A stretch of 64,000 nt of DNA, taken from NCBI GenBank assembly GCA_964470995.1, contig CAYYEP010000001.1, positions 65,813 to 129,812 of the forward strand, in the 5' to 3' direction. This DNA comes from an uncultured Candidatus Saccharibacteria bacterium (GTDB lineage: Bacteria > Patescibacteriota > Minisyncoccia > Minisyncoccales > UBA5738). Each line of letters starts with the position of its first letter. Position 1 is the stretch's first letter. Below are positions 25,881 through 35,649 of this stretch, piece by piece. The notes below the pieces were generated by a model. It saw only the letters and a program-made list of their open reading frames with translations, did not search any database and was not told the DNA's origin. The translations under genes were made by a program, and so were the position numbers.

Positions 25881-26057
25881 TTGGCTCAAGCTATTCTTCT
25901 TTTTTAACTCCTGCCAAACAAAAGACCCTCCTTAATAATAAGGCCCATAAGCACGAGCAGTCCGAAAATATTAGGTTGGCGTTTTGGGCTGTTCATAATA
26001 TTGCTATATGATTTTATTAACAGATACGCAAATTTCAGTCAAGAGGATAAACAGGAA

Positions 26058-26624
26058 CTATTTTTCACCAAAAAATATCTCTTTTAAAATCGCAGTGCCG
26101 TTATTGGCAATTACCACTCGCGCGAATGACGGATAATCGCGAAGTTTAGCGGATATCTGGCCGCCGGAGCCTTCGGGAATAAAATAATTTTCGATCCCGT
26201 AGACAGCTCTTACCGTTTCTTTTTTTTGATCGTCTTTTTTTGTGGAATCGTAATAACGATTGGAGATGTATTCTATATTCCCTTTAATAAATACTCCTCC
26301 GGCCGGCTTATTTTTTTCGATCGTATCTAAAATCCAATAGTTGCCGTTTTTTTTCAGCACCGCATAAATAATATCCTTTTTTGCAAATCCCTTTTGTTTT
26401 ATCTCGGCCCGCGAAATCTCGATACTTGAGATATCATATTGAACAGTCATATAATCACCGCGCAGAGGATCGCGCGGATCAACCGGCTCGATGGGAAGAA
26501 TGATTTCCTGACCCCGCACCAGCAATGAAGCATTAAACACCACAAGACCGAAAACAATCAGCAACTGAATTACAACAGCCGTTAAAAACTTCGTTTTTTT
26601 GGGCAATATTGGAAACATAGTCAT
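26058..26624 (-). CDS. GDYXXLXY domain protein
   Basis: PLRGDYMTVQYDIS motif; N-terminal TM. Confidence 0.8.
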   Translation of the reverse strand: MTMFPILPKKTKFLTAVVIQLLIVFGLVVFNASLLVRGQEIILPIEPVDPRDPLRGDYMTVQYDISSIEISRAEIKQKGFAKKDIIYAVLKKNGNYWILDTIEKNKPAGGVFIKGNIEYISNRYYDSTKKDDQKKETVRAVYGIENYFIPEGSGGQISAKLRDYPSFARVVIANNGTAILKEIFFGEK

Positions 26625-27718
26625 TGTTTAATTGTTTGTTCTTTCATCGCCCGGGCAAGATACTTCCTCCCCTTTTCCATCGCCCACCCTACGGAGAATA
26701 AAAGTATCCCGGCAAAAATGAAAAAGATGCTCTTGTCGAAAAATTTAAAGAACCAGTCGAAATATTTAATACCGACAAAAAATATCATCAATACCGCCCC
26801 CAGATTAACCAACAACAATTCCCGGCGAACATAACCGATAAGGATTGTTCCTAAAATCTCGGCAAATAAAATAAAATTCATAATCACCGCCCATAATATC
26901 CCCTCCGGCCAAAGCATGTCGCCGGACACCAACTCCCTTCCGGAAGCCGCCACAACAAACGAACCAAACAATAAAAAAATAATTTCGATGCCGATTAATT
27001 CGGCGTTTAGCAATATTTTCCTGGACCAGGCATATAAAACAACAATTGTTGCGGCCCCACCAACAACCGTCAAAGCTAAAATATTTTGCAACGGCCCGAC
27101 AGCCATCGACTCCAAAGACTCGAGGCCGTATTGGGTTGAATACGAAAAAAGAATCCAGTTGGCCAGAAATACACCGATCAGCAAATAAGCCAACCCGAAA
27201 CGCTTCCATGCCGAAAAACTCATCTGGATAAAACCAACCGCATAAAGCGCGAGCGCCAGCCACATTAACCCAAGGGGAATGGCCGCGACTTCCTCAAAAA
27301 AATTTTTCGAACCGATTTGCCAATATGTCACTTGAGCGCACCACCAAAACAATAAACCAACCGTTGCCAGTATCGCCGAATAAACCGATTTCCAATAATA
27401 GGCAATCGCAAAAAAAATCATAACCGCCACCATTAGAATAAAACGCCAGGAAACCAATCCTCCCAATTCATTATTAACCGTAAAAATTGCATTGGCAGCG
27501 GCCAACCCGCCCAACAGCAAAAATATCTGGCTTAATGCATCCTGCCGTGACAGCGATATCTGAATGTACCAATTGCTTTCATTGATTTCGGCAGTATTTC
27601 TTTTTTTGGTTCTTAAAAATGAGGAAATCACCGCCAAAATCAAAAAGACAAACAACGCGATTCCCGCCAATATCCCCATTATTATGAAAATATATGATTC
27701 CATATTTAAAATATTCAA
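26621..27718 (-). CDS. DUF4401-like polytopic membrane protein
   Basis: 365 aa with about 10 TM helices. Stop/start overlap with both neighbours (ATGA). Confidence 0.7.
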   Translation of the reverse strand: MNILNMESYIFIIMGILAGIALFVFLILAVISSFLRTKKRNTAEINESNWYIQISLSRQDALSQIFLLLGGLAAANAIFTVNNELGGLVSWRFILMVAVMIFFAIAYYWKSVYSAILATVGLLFWWCAQVTYWQIGSKNFFEEVAAIPLGLMWLALALYAVGFIQMSFSAWKRFGLAYLLIGVFLANWILFSYSTQYGLESLESMAVGPLQNILALTVVGGAATIVVLYAWSRKILLNAELIGIEIIFLLFGSFVVAASGRELVSGDMLWPEGILWAVIMNFILFAEILGTILIGYVRRELLLVNLGAVLMIFFVGIKYFDWFFKFFDKSIFFIFAGILLFSVGWAMEKGRKYLARAMKEQTIKQ

Positions 27719-28422
27719 TAGCGATCCGGAGAATCAGCCAAAAAGCCGCGCCTCATTCTATGCGCAACCGCAAACAGAACGGCGGTAGAAATTATTAATA
27801 AAAGCCAAGGGGTCAAAAATAAGGGGTTGTAAAGTTCGCCGGAAAAAAAACCTACGGGATACCATACCAAGCCGATAAATCCGGTGAACGCCGCCAACCA
27901 CCAAATCGACGCAATGTCGAGCGCCCAGGCCGCCGCGAGCGAACCCAGCATCCACCACAAAAAACCATCGGGCCAGTAAACCCGGGTATTATACATTTGC
28001 GCCGCCAAAAAAACCGCGCCGCCAAATATTATCGACCCTAGAAAAAACATTGCCTCCGCGGACTTCGCCAAGCGAATCTTTTCGTTCAAATACCAGCCGA
28101 TCGCATCGACGCAAAACATTGAGATAAGAACCACAGCCATTTTCCCCGTACGGGTCATTTCCTGCCAATTGGCCGCAATAAATGAAAATATTCCCAATCC
28201 AATCAGCACCGCGCCGATAGTCACGACGACGCGAATGGTTTTTTTTTGCGTTTCTTCTTTTAATTCCGCCGGCGACACCGCTTGCGCCACATAATTCTCA
28301 ATCTGTTCTACCTTAAATCCGTCGGCAAGCAGTTTCAAATATATTTCTTCACGGCTCTTCCCTGTCCGAAGCGCTTGGGAAACATATTGCATTTGAGAAT
28401 CGTTCTCCATATTTGTTGTCAC
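27715..28422 (-). CDS. DUF2157-like membrane protein
   Basis: Soluble N-terminal ~60 aa followed by TM helices. First gene of the conserved three-gene operon. Confidence 0.7.
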   Translation of the reverse strand: MTTNMENDSQMQYVSQALRTGKSREEIYLKLLADGFKVEQIENYVAQAVSPAELKEETQKKTIRVVVTIGAVLIGLGIFSFIAANWQEMTRTGKMAVVLISMFCVDAIGWYLNEKIRLAKSAEAMFFLGSIIFGGAVFLAAQMYNTRVYWPDGFLWWMLGSLAAAWALDIASIWWLAAFTGFIGLVWYPVGFFSGELYNPLFLTPWLLLIISTAVLFAVAHRMRRGFLADSPDRY

Positions 28423-28454
28423 TTTATCAAAGTATACTACTATTAGAAAAGTTC

Positions 28455-29033
28455 TTAAAGATTAAAACGGCGCTCGCAATAACGGCCTCCTTCCCGGAAT
28501 TCCGGCCAGCGCCTCTGCCGGGAATTCTTGGATATATTAAAAAGCGAGCGCTGATCGCGCTCGCAAGCTTGGGTATAGGTTTTTGGCCCGTCCAATATTT
28601 TATAGCAAAGAACTATCATGCGCCAATAATTATCCTGCGCTTTATAGATAGCTTTGCCGATTTGCTCCATTACATCGGCCCAGGAAATACCACTTTCCAG
28701 GTAAATCTTGCCGCAGGCCATAATACCGCCTTTGGCCACTTTGGCAATAAGGAACCTGCCGTCAAACCAAATCTTGGCAATGAATTGCCCGGCATAACAA
28801 ACCAGCTTATCCACGATCGGTTCAAAAGTAATGCTCCGGCGATAATCGGACAATTCTGCCCCCCCCAAGACGACTACCTGTTCGCGGCGGCGGCTTGTCC
28901 GGTCAATAATCTTTCCGTTCGGATTTATCTGGATCGCGTACCATGGCCCGCCATTCACAATCCCTAAAAGCTTTCCTAATTTATTCCGATTGTTTATTCT
29001 TTTGGTTTTCACCGCATTGGCCAATCCATACAT
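28455..29033 (-). CDS. hypothetical protein; the 3' end is uncertain
   Basis: Strong RBS GAAAGGAG 8 nt before ATG 29033. An 8-bp-stem terminator (28538-28564) lies inside the Arg-rich tail, so the true C-terminus may be earlier. Confidence 0.5.
   Translation of the reverse strand: MYGLANAVKTKRINNRNKLGKLLGIVNGGPWYAIQINPNGKIIDRTSRRREQVVVLGGAELSDYRRSITFEPIVDKLVCYAGQFIAKIWFDGRFLIAKVAKGGIMACGKIYLESGISWADVMEQIGKAIYKAQDNYWRMIVLCYKILDGPKTYTQACERDQRSLFNISKNSRQRRWPEFREGGRYCERRFNL
28538..28564 (-). terminator. rho-independent terminator
   Basis: Minus sense GCGAGCGC-GATCA-GCGCTCGC-TTTTT. Confidence 0.65.
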
Positions 29034-29633
29034 ATTTTATACTCCTTTCTCTTTCCTTTGTTTTTATGGTTTATTTATGTCTGGGGTTACCGCGATCGTG
29101 ATCGCGACATATCCACCCCATTCTGAATATTCCTATCGTCGCGGCCATTTTGCCGCATTCGATCCCTTCCAGCCGCTCTTGCGGTCGCCTTTCAATAATT
29201 CCCCGACGTAGGGAACGAAATAGTGGAAATGATCTCTCATGGCGGCGGTAATATCGCCGTTAACCGGTTATGAGATAATCTCTTTAAAAAACGCTTTGCA
29301 TCTTTCTCTTGTTTCTATCAGTCATTTCCCCCCAAGTTGTTAATGTCCTTTAAGGCAACTGCTTTCTTTTAAAAAAATTCTCGTTGCCTGAGAATTTGCC
29401 GTTTGTATATTTATTCCGCTAAATTCTACAAATGGAAAATTCCCAGATAATGAATCGGGCCAAAATAAAAGTAAAACCAATAATAATTGCGTTGACTATT
29501 CATATCAATTGCTAATTATTTGCTCTCACGTTAGATACGCGCCCGCGCTAAAACTACGGCATAGCAAAGCGGAATCAACCCTGTGGCGCTTCACCCTTCG
29601 GGCCATTTTTATGCCATTTTTCAGGAAATGGCA

Positions 29634-29663
29634 TAAAAAAGAAAACCCCCGGCGGTCCGGGAG
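29634..29663 (-). terminator. terminator downstream of metG
   Basis: Minus sense CCCGG-ACCG-CCGGGGGTTTTCTTTTTT. Confidence 0.65.
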
Positions 29664-29785
29664 TTTGAAATTTTATGACTTAGATTTTTTCAAAACTAAA
29701 TTCCCAGACTTTGAGGAGTTTGGCCGTAAAAATAAAACCAAAAATTAATTCTTGAAGTTTGGGTTTCCATAGCAAGGAAAATATA

Positions 29786-31246
29786 TCAGTTTTTTGATGC
29801 CGGGTCAAGGCGCGGGAATAATATCCCGACTTCCTGGCCGGCAAGCAACCGCTTGATTCGTTGGGAGGTTTCGGGAATAAAAGGTTCGATAATTTCGGCG
29901 ATCCGGAACAGAGTAAACAGCAGATCCCCTACCGCGGCGGCGTCATTGGTTTTCCAGGGCTGGGTCTTTTCGATGTATTTGTCGCCAAAATTTACCAGCT
30001 TCCAGGCAGCGGACAGGGCTTCATTGAATTTATAATCCGCAAGCGCAGTATTAACCCCCCTGAAAGCCGTATTGATTTCGGCGGCGATTTCGGGGTTGAC
30101 GGCGGTTTCAGCTGACATTTTAGCGGCGATTTTTTTGGCGATCGCGGTAACACGCGCAGACAGATTGCCAATACCCTTGGCCAAATCGCCATTATAGCGT
30201 TCTTCGAATTTATCATAGGAAAAATCGCCGTCTTCGGCGGGCGGCAATTCGCGCAACATAAAATAGCGGACCGCGTCGGTACCGTATTTTCCCACCAATT
30301 CCACCGGATCGATCACGTTGCCAAGCGACTTGGACATTTTCTGGCCATTGGCGGTGACAAATCCGTGAATGAATACCTGTTTGGAATTTGGCAAACCGGC
30401 CGACATCAACATTGCCTGCCACATCGCGGACTGCTGGCGCAAGTTATCTTTTCCGGCAACTTGGATTGCGTTGCGGTTATTTTTCGTTCCCCAGAAATTG
30501 ACGAAATTTTTTTCATCGGCGGGCCAGCCCAAACAAGAAATGTAATTCACCAGAGCGTCGAACCACACATACATTACCTGATCTTCATCCTCCGGAACCG
30601 GAATGCCCCAGGGCATTTTTTCCTTCACCCGCGAGATCGAAAAATCCTGCAGGCCGCCGGAAACGAAACTTTTTATCTCGTTAAAACGCCCTTCAGGGAC
30701 GACAAAATCAGGGTTGGCGTTATAAAAATCCAACAGAGGCTGCCGGTATTTGGAAAACCGGAAGAAATAATTTTCTTCTTCGATAATTTCGACATCCTTG
30801 TTGGGATGCAGGGGGCAGCGTCCGTTGACGAGCTGGGAATCGGTAACTTCCAATTCACAACCAACGCAATATTTGGCTTTGTAAATTTTTTTATAAATGT
30901 CGCCGTTATTATCGCAGCGCTTCCAGAATTCCCGAGCGGCTTTGATGTGCTGATTATCGGTAGTGCGGATAAAATTATCGAAGGATAACCCCAGCTTTTC
31001 TTTAAGGTTCTTAAAGGGTATTGCCGACTCATCACAATAAGCTTGCGCGGTTTTGCCGAGTTCGGCGGCTTTTTGGTAAATCTTTAAACCATGTTCGTCG
31101 GTGCCGGTGTTAAAAAAAACGTCATCCCCCATTGCGCGGCGCCAGCGGGCTAAAACATCGGCCTGGATAACCTCTAACGCAAAACCGATATGAGGTTTGG
31201 CGTTAACGTAAGGCAGGGTGGTGGTAAGATAGTATTTTGAATTCAT
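29786..31246 (-). CDS. metG: methionine--tRNA ligase (short form, no C-terminal tRNA-binding domain)
   Basis: TTTLPYVNAKPHIGFALE (HIGH-type), Zn knuckle CVGCE...CPLHP, KMSKSLGN. Confidence 0.92.
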   Translation of the reverse strand: MNSKYYLTTTLPYVNAKPHIGFALEVIQADVLARWRRAMGDDVFFNTGTDEHGLKIYQKAAELGKTAQAYCDESAIPFKNLKEKLGLSFDNFIRTTDNQHIKAAREFWKRCDNNGDIYKKIYKAKYCVGCELEVTDSQLVNGRCPLHPNKDVEIIEEENYFFRFSKYRQPLLDFYNANPDFVVPEGRFNEIKSFVSGGLQDFSISRVKEKMPWGIPVPEDEDQVMYVWFDALVNYISCLGWPADEKNFVNFWGTKNNRNAIQVAGKDNLRQQSAMWQAMLMSAGLPNSKQVFIHGFVTANGQKMSKSLGNVIDPVELVGKYGTDAVRYFMLRELPPAEDGDFSYDKFEERYNGDLAKGIGNLSARVTAIAKKIAAKMSAETAVNPEIAAEINTAFRGVNTALADYKFNEALSAAWKLVNFGDKYIEKTQPWKTNDAAAVGDLLFTLFRIAEIIEPFIPETSQRIKRLLAGQEVGILFPRLDPASKN

Positions 31247-31281
31247 AAATAGAGATATTAATGCAAAATATAACAGATATG

Positions 31282-31959
31282 TTATTTCCCCTCAAGCACC
31301 GCCACAAACTCCCCCTTGAGGGGGTCTTTTTCTATTTTTACCAAAACTTGGGCGATCGTGCCGCGATAAATCGTTTCGAAGGTTTTGGTGAGTTCCCGGC
31401 AAACCACGATTTGACGCGATTTATCGGGATTGAGTTCGTCAAGCTCGGATAATGTTTTTAAAATACGAAAATTCGATTCGTAGAAAACCGCGGCTTTATC
31501 GCAGGACAGGACCTCTTCAAAATATTTTTTGCGCTTATTTTTAGCCGGCGGAAAACCGAGAAAAACAAATCTGTCAGTGGCGAAACCGGAAACACTCAAC
31601 GCGGCAATGGCGGCATTGGCCCCGGGAACGGGAATTATTTTGACTCCCTCCTCGAGCGCGGCGGCGGCAACCAATTGATTGCCCGGATCGCTGATACCGG
31701 GAGTGCCGGCGTCGGAAACAAGGGAGATGGTCTTACCTTCACGCAGAAAACCGATAATATGTTCTGTTTTTTGCAGGGCCGAGTGCTGGTGGTAGCTTTG
31801 CAGCGGTTTTTTAATTTCAAAACGCGCCAGCAGTTTTTGGGCCACCCGGGTGTCTTCGCACAAAATCAAATCGGCGCTTTTGAGCGCCTCTATCGCACGG
31901 TACGTAATGTCATTCAAATTGCCAATGGGAGTGGCAACGATATAAAGAATTCCCGGCAT
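31282..31959 (-). CDS. rsmI: 16S rRNA (cytidine1402-2'-O)-methyltransferase
   Basis: GILYIVATPIGNLNDITYRAIEALKSADLILCEDTR. Confidence 0.88.
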   Translation of the reverse strand: MPGILYIVATPIGNLNDITYRAIEALKSADLILCEDTRVAQKLLARFEIKKPLQSYHQHSALQKTEHIIGFLREGKTISLVSDAGTPGISDPGNQLVAAAALEEGVKIIPVPGANAAIAALSVSGFATDRFVFLGFPPAKNKRKKYFEEVLSCDKAAVFYESNFRILKTLSELDELNPDKSRQIVVCRELTKTFETIYRGTIAQVLVKIEKDPLKGEFVAVLEGK

Positions 31960-32058
31960 AATGATTTATGGATCGCGAATCGCGATTTACGAATAATAAT
32001 TCTAAAATACAAAAAATATCAAAAATTTAATACCCCATAAACCGGACTTAAGATTCTA

Positions 32059-32115
32059 GTTTACCGAGGTCGCGCCTTTGCGATTACGCCAAGGAGCGAC
32101 CTTGCATCCAAATAC
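32059..32115. repeat. extended-hairpin intergenic repeat, copy 3 of 3
   Basis: GTTTACC-GAGGTCGC-G-CCTTTGCG-ATTA-CGCCAAGG-A-GCGACCTT-GCATCCAAATAC. In minus sense it starts 4 nt after the stop of the upstream gene. Confidence 0.7.
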
Positions 32116-32118
32116 CCA

Positions 32119-33129
32119 TCAGTCTTTATGGCGTTCGAGGTAGTCGCGAACGACGTCGTGCAAAACGCCAAATAACGGAATGGCAAGAATCGCGCCCGCC
32201 ATACCCCAGAGAGTTTCGCCGATAAATATTGATATCAAAACCAGTATCCCGGGAAAATCCATGAACTTGCGGGCCAAAAAAGGAATAATAAGGTTATTCT
32301 CAAGCTGCTGGATAAAAGTGAAAACTGCGATAATCAAAACCGCTTTTTGCCAAGAGTCGATTAAGGCAAACATTGCCAGAATAAACGCCGCCACGATCGG
32401 CCCGATAAACGGGATTATATCCAGAACGCCGGCGATAAAACCAAGAAAAACCGGGTATTCGACGCCGATAGCATAACAAGAAAGCGAAGTCAGCAGCCCT
32501 ACCGAAAGCATACCAACGACCCGGATAACAAACCACCCTGAAATTTTTATCTGAGATTTATTCCAGATATCCAAAGCGTATTTTTCGTGTTTTTTTGGAG
32601 CCACCAGGCGAATAAACTTTTCTATTCCCCGCTCTTCAAGCGAAAAGAAAAACGCGATCGTGAAAACCGTGGCAGTTAAAAATACGCCGCCAAAGATCGA
32701 AGCGATTGAGCCGGCAATGCTTGACGACGCGCCAACAAGCCAGCTTTGGATCGCGGCAATAAACGCATCCATACTCCGGAAAATGTCGAAACCCAATCCG
32801 GAAAGCAAGGGCGCCACTCTTTCGAAATAAACCGGGAAAAGCCGGGCCAGCTGCTGAATCTCGACCATAAACACCGGCGATACCAGATAGATTGCAGATC
32901 CTACCAAACCAAGCGTAACAAAATAAACGAATGAGGTCGCAACAACACGTGAAACGCGAAGCTTTTGCAACAGGTCGATTGCCGGATTGAAAAGCAGGGA
33001 GACAACCAGACCAAAAAACACGATAAGAAGGACATCCCGTACCACATAAAGAGAATAAATAAATATAACCGCGACCGATATCTTGAGGACCGCGCCCCAA
33101 GAAATGTCCAGACTGTTTTTACCGAACAT
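32119..33129 (-). CDS. AI-2E family transporter (PerM/YhhT-like)
   Basis: 336 aa, 8 TM, family-typical C-terminal half (IPFIGPIVAA...LAIPL). Confidence 0.75.
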   Translation of the reverse strand: MFGKNSLDISWGAVLKISVAVIFIYSLYVVRDVLLIVFFGLVVSLLFNPAIDLLQKLRVSRVVATSFVYFVTLGLVGSAIYLVSPVFMVEIQQLARLFPVYFERVAPLLSGLGFDIFRSMDAFIAAIQSWLVGASSSIAGSIASIFGGVFLTATVFTIAFFFSLEERGIEKFIRLVAPKKHEKYALDIWNKSQIKISGWFVIRVVGMLSVGLLTSLSCYAIGVEYPVFLGFIAGVLDIIPFIGPIVAAFILAMFALIDSWQKAVLIIAVFTFIQQLENNLIIPFLARKFMDFPGILVLISIFIGETLWGMAGAILAIPLFGVLHDVVRDYLERHKD

Positions 33130-33192
33130 TTATTTATTAGATCTACTGCGCAAATATTTACGCAACAGATCTATTATTTACTTATATTTTTA

Positions 33193-34464
33193 TTATAGCG
33201 CACCTTCAAGAAGTTTTTCGAACCGCGAGCCGCTGTCGTAAGGTCCAATAAGAGCAAGATTCAAATTACGGGGTTTAAACATCTCATTAGCCGCGGCCTG
33301 AATATCCGATACGGTTACTCGGGAAATCTTTTCGTAAATTTCTTCGGGTTCGCAGATTTTGCCTTCGAGCAATTCCTGCTCCCCGTAAAACATGCCTTTG
33401 GCGTGCGACGATTCCAGTACGATCGAGCTTTTACCGATATAATGGTCTTTGGCTTTCCGCAGTTCGGATTCCGGCACCGGGATATCGCGGATCTTTTTAA
33501 ATTCGCCCAAGATAACCTTTATCCCCTCTTCAACGCGCGAACTGTCCAAGTTGGCAGTGGCGGCCAACGAACCGGTATCGGGATCGGTGCTGATTTCGGT
33601 GTGCACGTCGTAGACGAGGCCACGCTTTACCCGTACCTCTTCGTTTAACCGCGAAGACCACATACCACCCAGAATCACATCCATTAATTCCAACACGTAG
33701 CGCTGGGGATGAAAAAGATTGAACGCGCGCACGCCCAGCGCCACTTGGGTTTGTTTGGTGTCTTTTTTATAGATCAAAACTCCGGGTTTGGCCTGCTGTT
33801 CAACTACCGGCGCCTTACCGCCGGGAGATTTAGCGGCAAAACCGCCAAAATATTGACGCGCCAAATCGAACGCATCTTTGGGATCGAATTTACCAGACAC
33901 GCAAAGAATAGTATTTTGCGCAACATAATTGGAAGCGCGATACCCCACTAACTGGTCGCGCGTGATTTTTGAAACAGTTTCCTCCACCCCGCCAATATCC
34001 CAACCGGCAGGCTGATCTCCGTAAAGCACCTGGCCCCAAACCGTCCAAATGTAGCGCATCGGATGGTCGTAAAACATATTGAGCTCTTCAATGATCGTGC
34101 CGCGTTCTTTTTCGATTTCTTCGGGGGGAAGGGTGGCGTTCAGAAACATATCCGCCACTAAATCAAAAGCGGCGGCAAACTTACCGCTTTGGGATTTCAC
34201 GTAATAGCCAGTGTATTCCTGCCCGGTAAACGCGTTGGAAATCCCGCCGAGCTCGTCGATATCCCGGAACACATCCATCTGGGTCGGACGTTTAACCGTT
34301 CCCTTGAACTGCAGGTGTTCCAAAAAATGCGAAATGCCGCTGATTTCTTTAGTTTCGTATTTTGAACCGGTACCGACAAGCGCCAAAACCGTCACCGCGT
34401 TGGTATTAACCGACGGAACCATAATTAATCGAAGGCCATTGGGAAGAATTTTTTTTTCAAACAT
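33193..34464 (-). CDS. M16-family zinc peptidase (pitrilysin-like)
   Basis: Inverted zinc motif HFLEHLQFKG. Confidence 0.85.
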   Translation of the reverse strand: MFEKKILPNGLRLIMVPSVNTNAVTVLALVGTGSKYETKEISGISHFLEHLQFKGTVKRPTQMDVFRDIDELGGISNAFTGQEYTGYYVKSQSGKFAAAFDLVADMFLNATLPPEEIEKERGTIIEELNMFYDHPMRYIWTVWGQVLYGDQPAGWDIGGVEETVSKITRDQLVGYRASNYVAQNTILCVSGKFDPKDAFDLARQYFGGFAAKSPGGKAPVVEQQAKPGVLIYKKDTKQTQVALGVRAFNLFHPQRYVLELMDVILGGMWSSRLNEEVRVKRGLVYDVHTEISTDPDTGSLAATANLDSSRVEEGIKVILGEFKKIRDIPVPESELRKAKDHYIGKSSIVLESSHAKGMFYGEQELLEGKICEPEEIYEKISRVTVSDIQAAANEMFKPRNLNLALIGPYDSGSRFEKLLEGAL

Positions 34465-34531
34465 AAGTGCTTAAATTCCAAGCACCAAGCACCAAATTTC
34501 AAACGATATCCAAATATCAATATTTAAAATT

Positions 34532-34705
34532 AATCTCCCCGGGCTTACCCGCGGGATATTGGTTGAACCGCCTTCCGCCTTGCTCCAGGCGTCCTCCGCA
34601 TACTGCGGGGGAAAATCTTCACTCCCCGCTTCCTCCCGATTACGGGAGGCGCCCCGCCGCAGTCGCGGCGGAAAACGCGCGGGGTATTAAGATTTGTTCA
34701 ATAAA
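34532..34705. repeat. GC-rich multi-hairpin intergenic repeat, copy B (full length)
   Basis: See 16802-16980. Confidence 0.8.
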
Positions 34706-34761
34706 AAATTTTCTGATACTTGCTATTTAGTATTTGCAATTTGGCTATCGGTTACCGGAGA

Positions 34762-35340
34762 TTATTTCTGATATTCTTTTTGCGCCTTGAAAGCAAGATT
34801 GATGCATTCTTGAAGATCGTAACCCAAATCGGCGCACCAGACAATAGAAGAAAATATCACATTGCCCATTTCTTTTTTTAGTCCCGCTTCACCTTCGGCA
34901 CGGTCGGAAGAAACAGTGTTGCGGGCATAGCGGCAGATATCGCCGATAACCTTGCCCAAACGCACGACAATCTGCTCCAGGCCGCAAGACTTTCCTTGCC
35001 ATATCTCCTGGCCAAGGACAAGCAATTCATTGGTATCGGACGGAATAATCTTATCATCACCCCTATAAGGGGTAAATCTTTTTTGAGCCGCTGCCGCCAG
35101 ACTGATGCACTCGCAAGGATCAAAACCAAGATCGTCGCACCACCGGGTCGCGGACACGATAAGATTACCAAGCTCTTTTTTTAACTCATTTTCCAAAGAC
35201 CGGTCGGCAATCGATTCGCCGCGGGCATAGCGGCAGATATCGCCGTATATCTTACCCATCCGGATAATGATCTGCGGCAAAACCAATTTTTTATTGCCCC
35301 AAACGGTACGGGAATCTTCAAGGATTTGCTTGATATCCAT
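34762..35340 (-). CDS. tandem-duplicated MazG-like nucleotide pyrophosphohydrolase domain protein
   Basis: Two ~90-aa halves align: (R/K)(M/L)GK(I/V)xGDICRYAR ... LKKE(L/M)GN(L/V)I(V/F)S...WC(D/A)DLG(F/Y)D. Confidence 0.65.
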   Translation of the reverse strand: MDIKQILEDSRTVWGNKKLVLPQIIIRMGKIYGDICRYARGESIADRSLENELKKELGNLIVSATRWCDDLGFDPCECISLAAAAQKRFTPYRGDDKIIPSDTNELLVLGQEIWQGKSCGLEQIVVRLGKVIGDICRYARNTVSSDRAEGEAGLKKEMGNVIFSSIVWCADLGYDLQECINLAFKAQKEYQK

Positions 35341-35378
35341 TTTTTTATATAAAAGCGATCAATATTGTTTTAAAAACC

Positions 35379-35639
35379 TTAATCAGCCGGCCCAGGGATA
35401 AAAGATTCCAAAGTTTGGGATGGATCCATATTTTGGCTTGCCCCCCCGCCGGTTTGATTAAAATACATACCCCAAAATACCGCCGACAGCGACATACATA
35501 TTATAATAATCAAGATATATATTTTTTTCTTTTTGTCCGCCTGGCCTAACGGCGCATAAACCACGGTCCGGGCCGGTTTATCCGATTTAAGATAATCGCT
35601 AAGATCGGCAGTTTTATTATCGCCTTTATCTATTTCCAT
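35379..35639 (-). CDS. small membrane protein
   Basis: Start moved to ATG 35639 (MEIDKGDNK...). The upstream part of tracked ORF 35379..35786 overlaps the pilin reading frame. Confidence 0.5.
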   Translation of the reverse strand: MEIDKGDNKTADLSDYLKSDKPARTVVYAPLGQADKKKKIYILIIIICMSLSAVFWGMYFNQTGGGASQNMDPSQTLESFIPGPAD

Positions 35640-35649
35640 TTGAATATGG

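Noticed and set aside
25298-26057. SRP RNA, RNase P RNA or 6S RNA in the ORF-poor region
   Set aside because: The conserved cores (for example GGAAGCAGC of SRP domain IV, or GAGGAAAGTCC of RNase P) are absent on both strands. The region is kept only as an unclassified ncRNA candidate.
28413-28967. 184-aa plus-strand ORF
   Set aside because: It is antisense to the minus-strand ORF, which has a strong RBS. Its composition is poor and it has no RBS.
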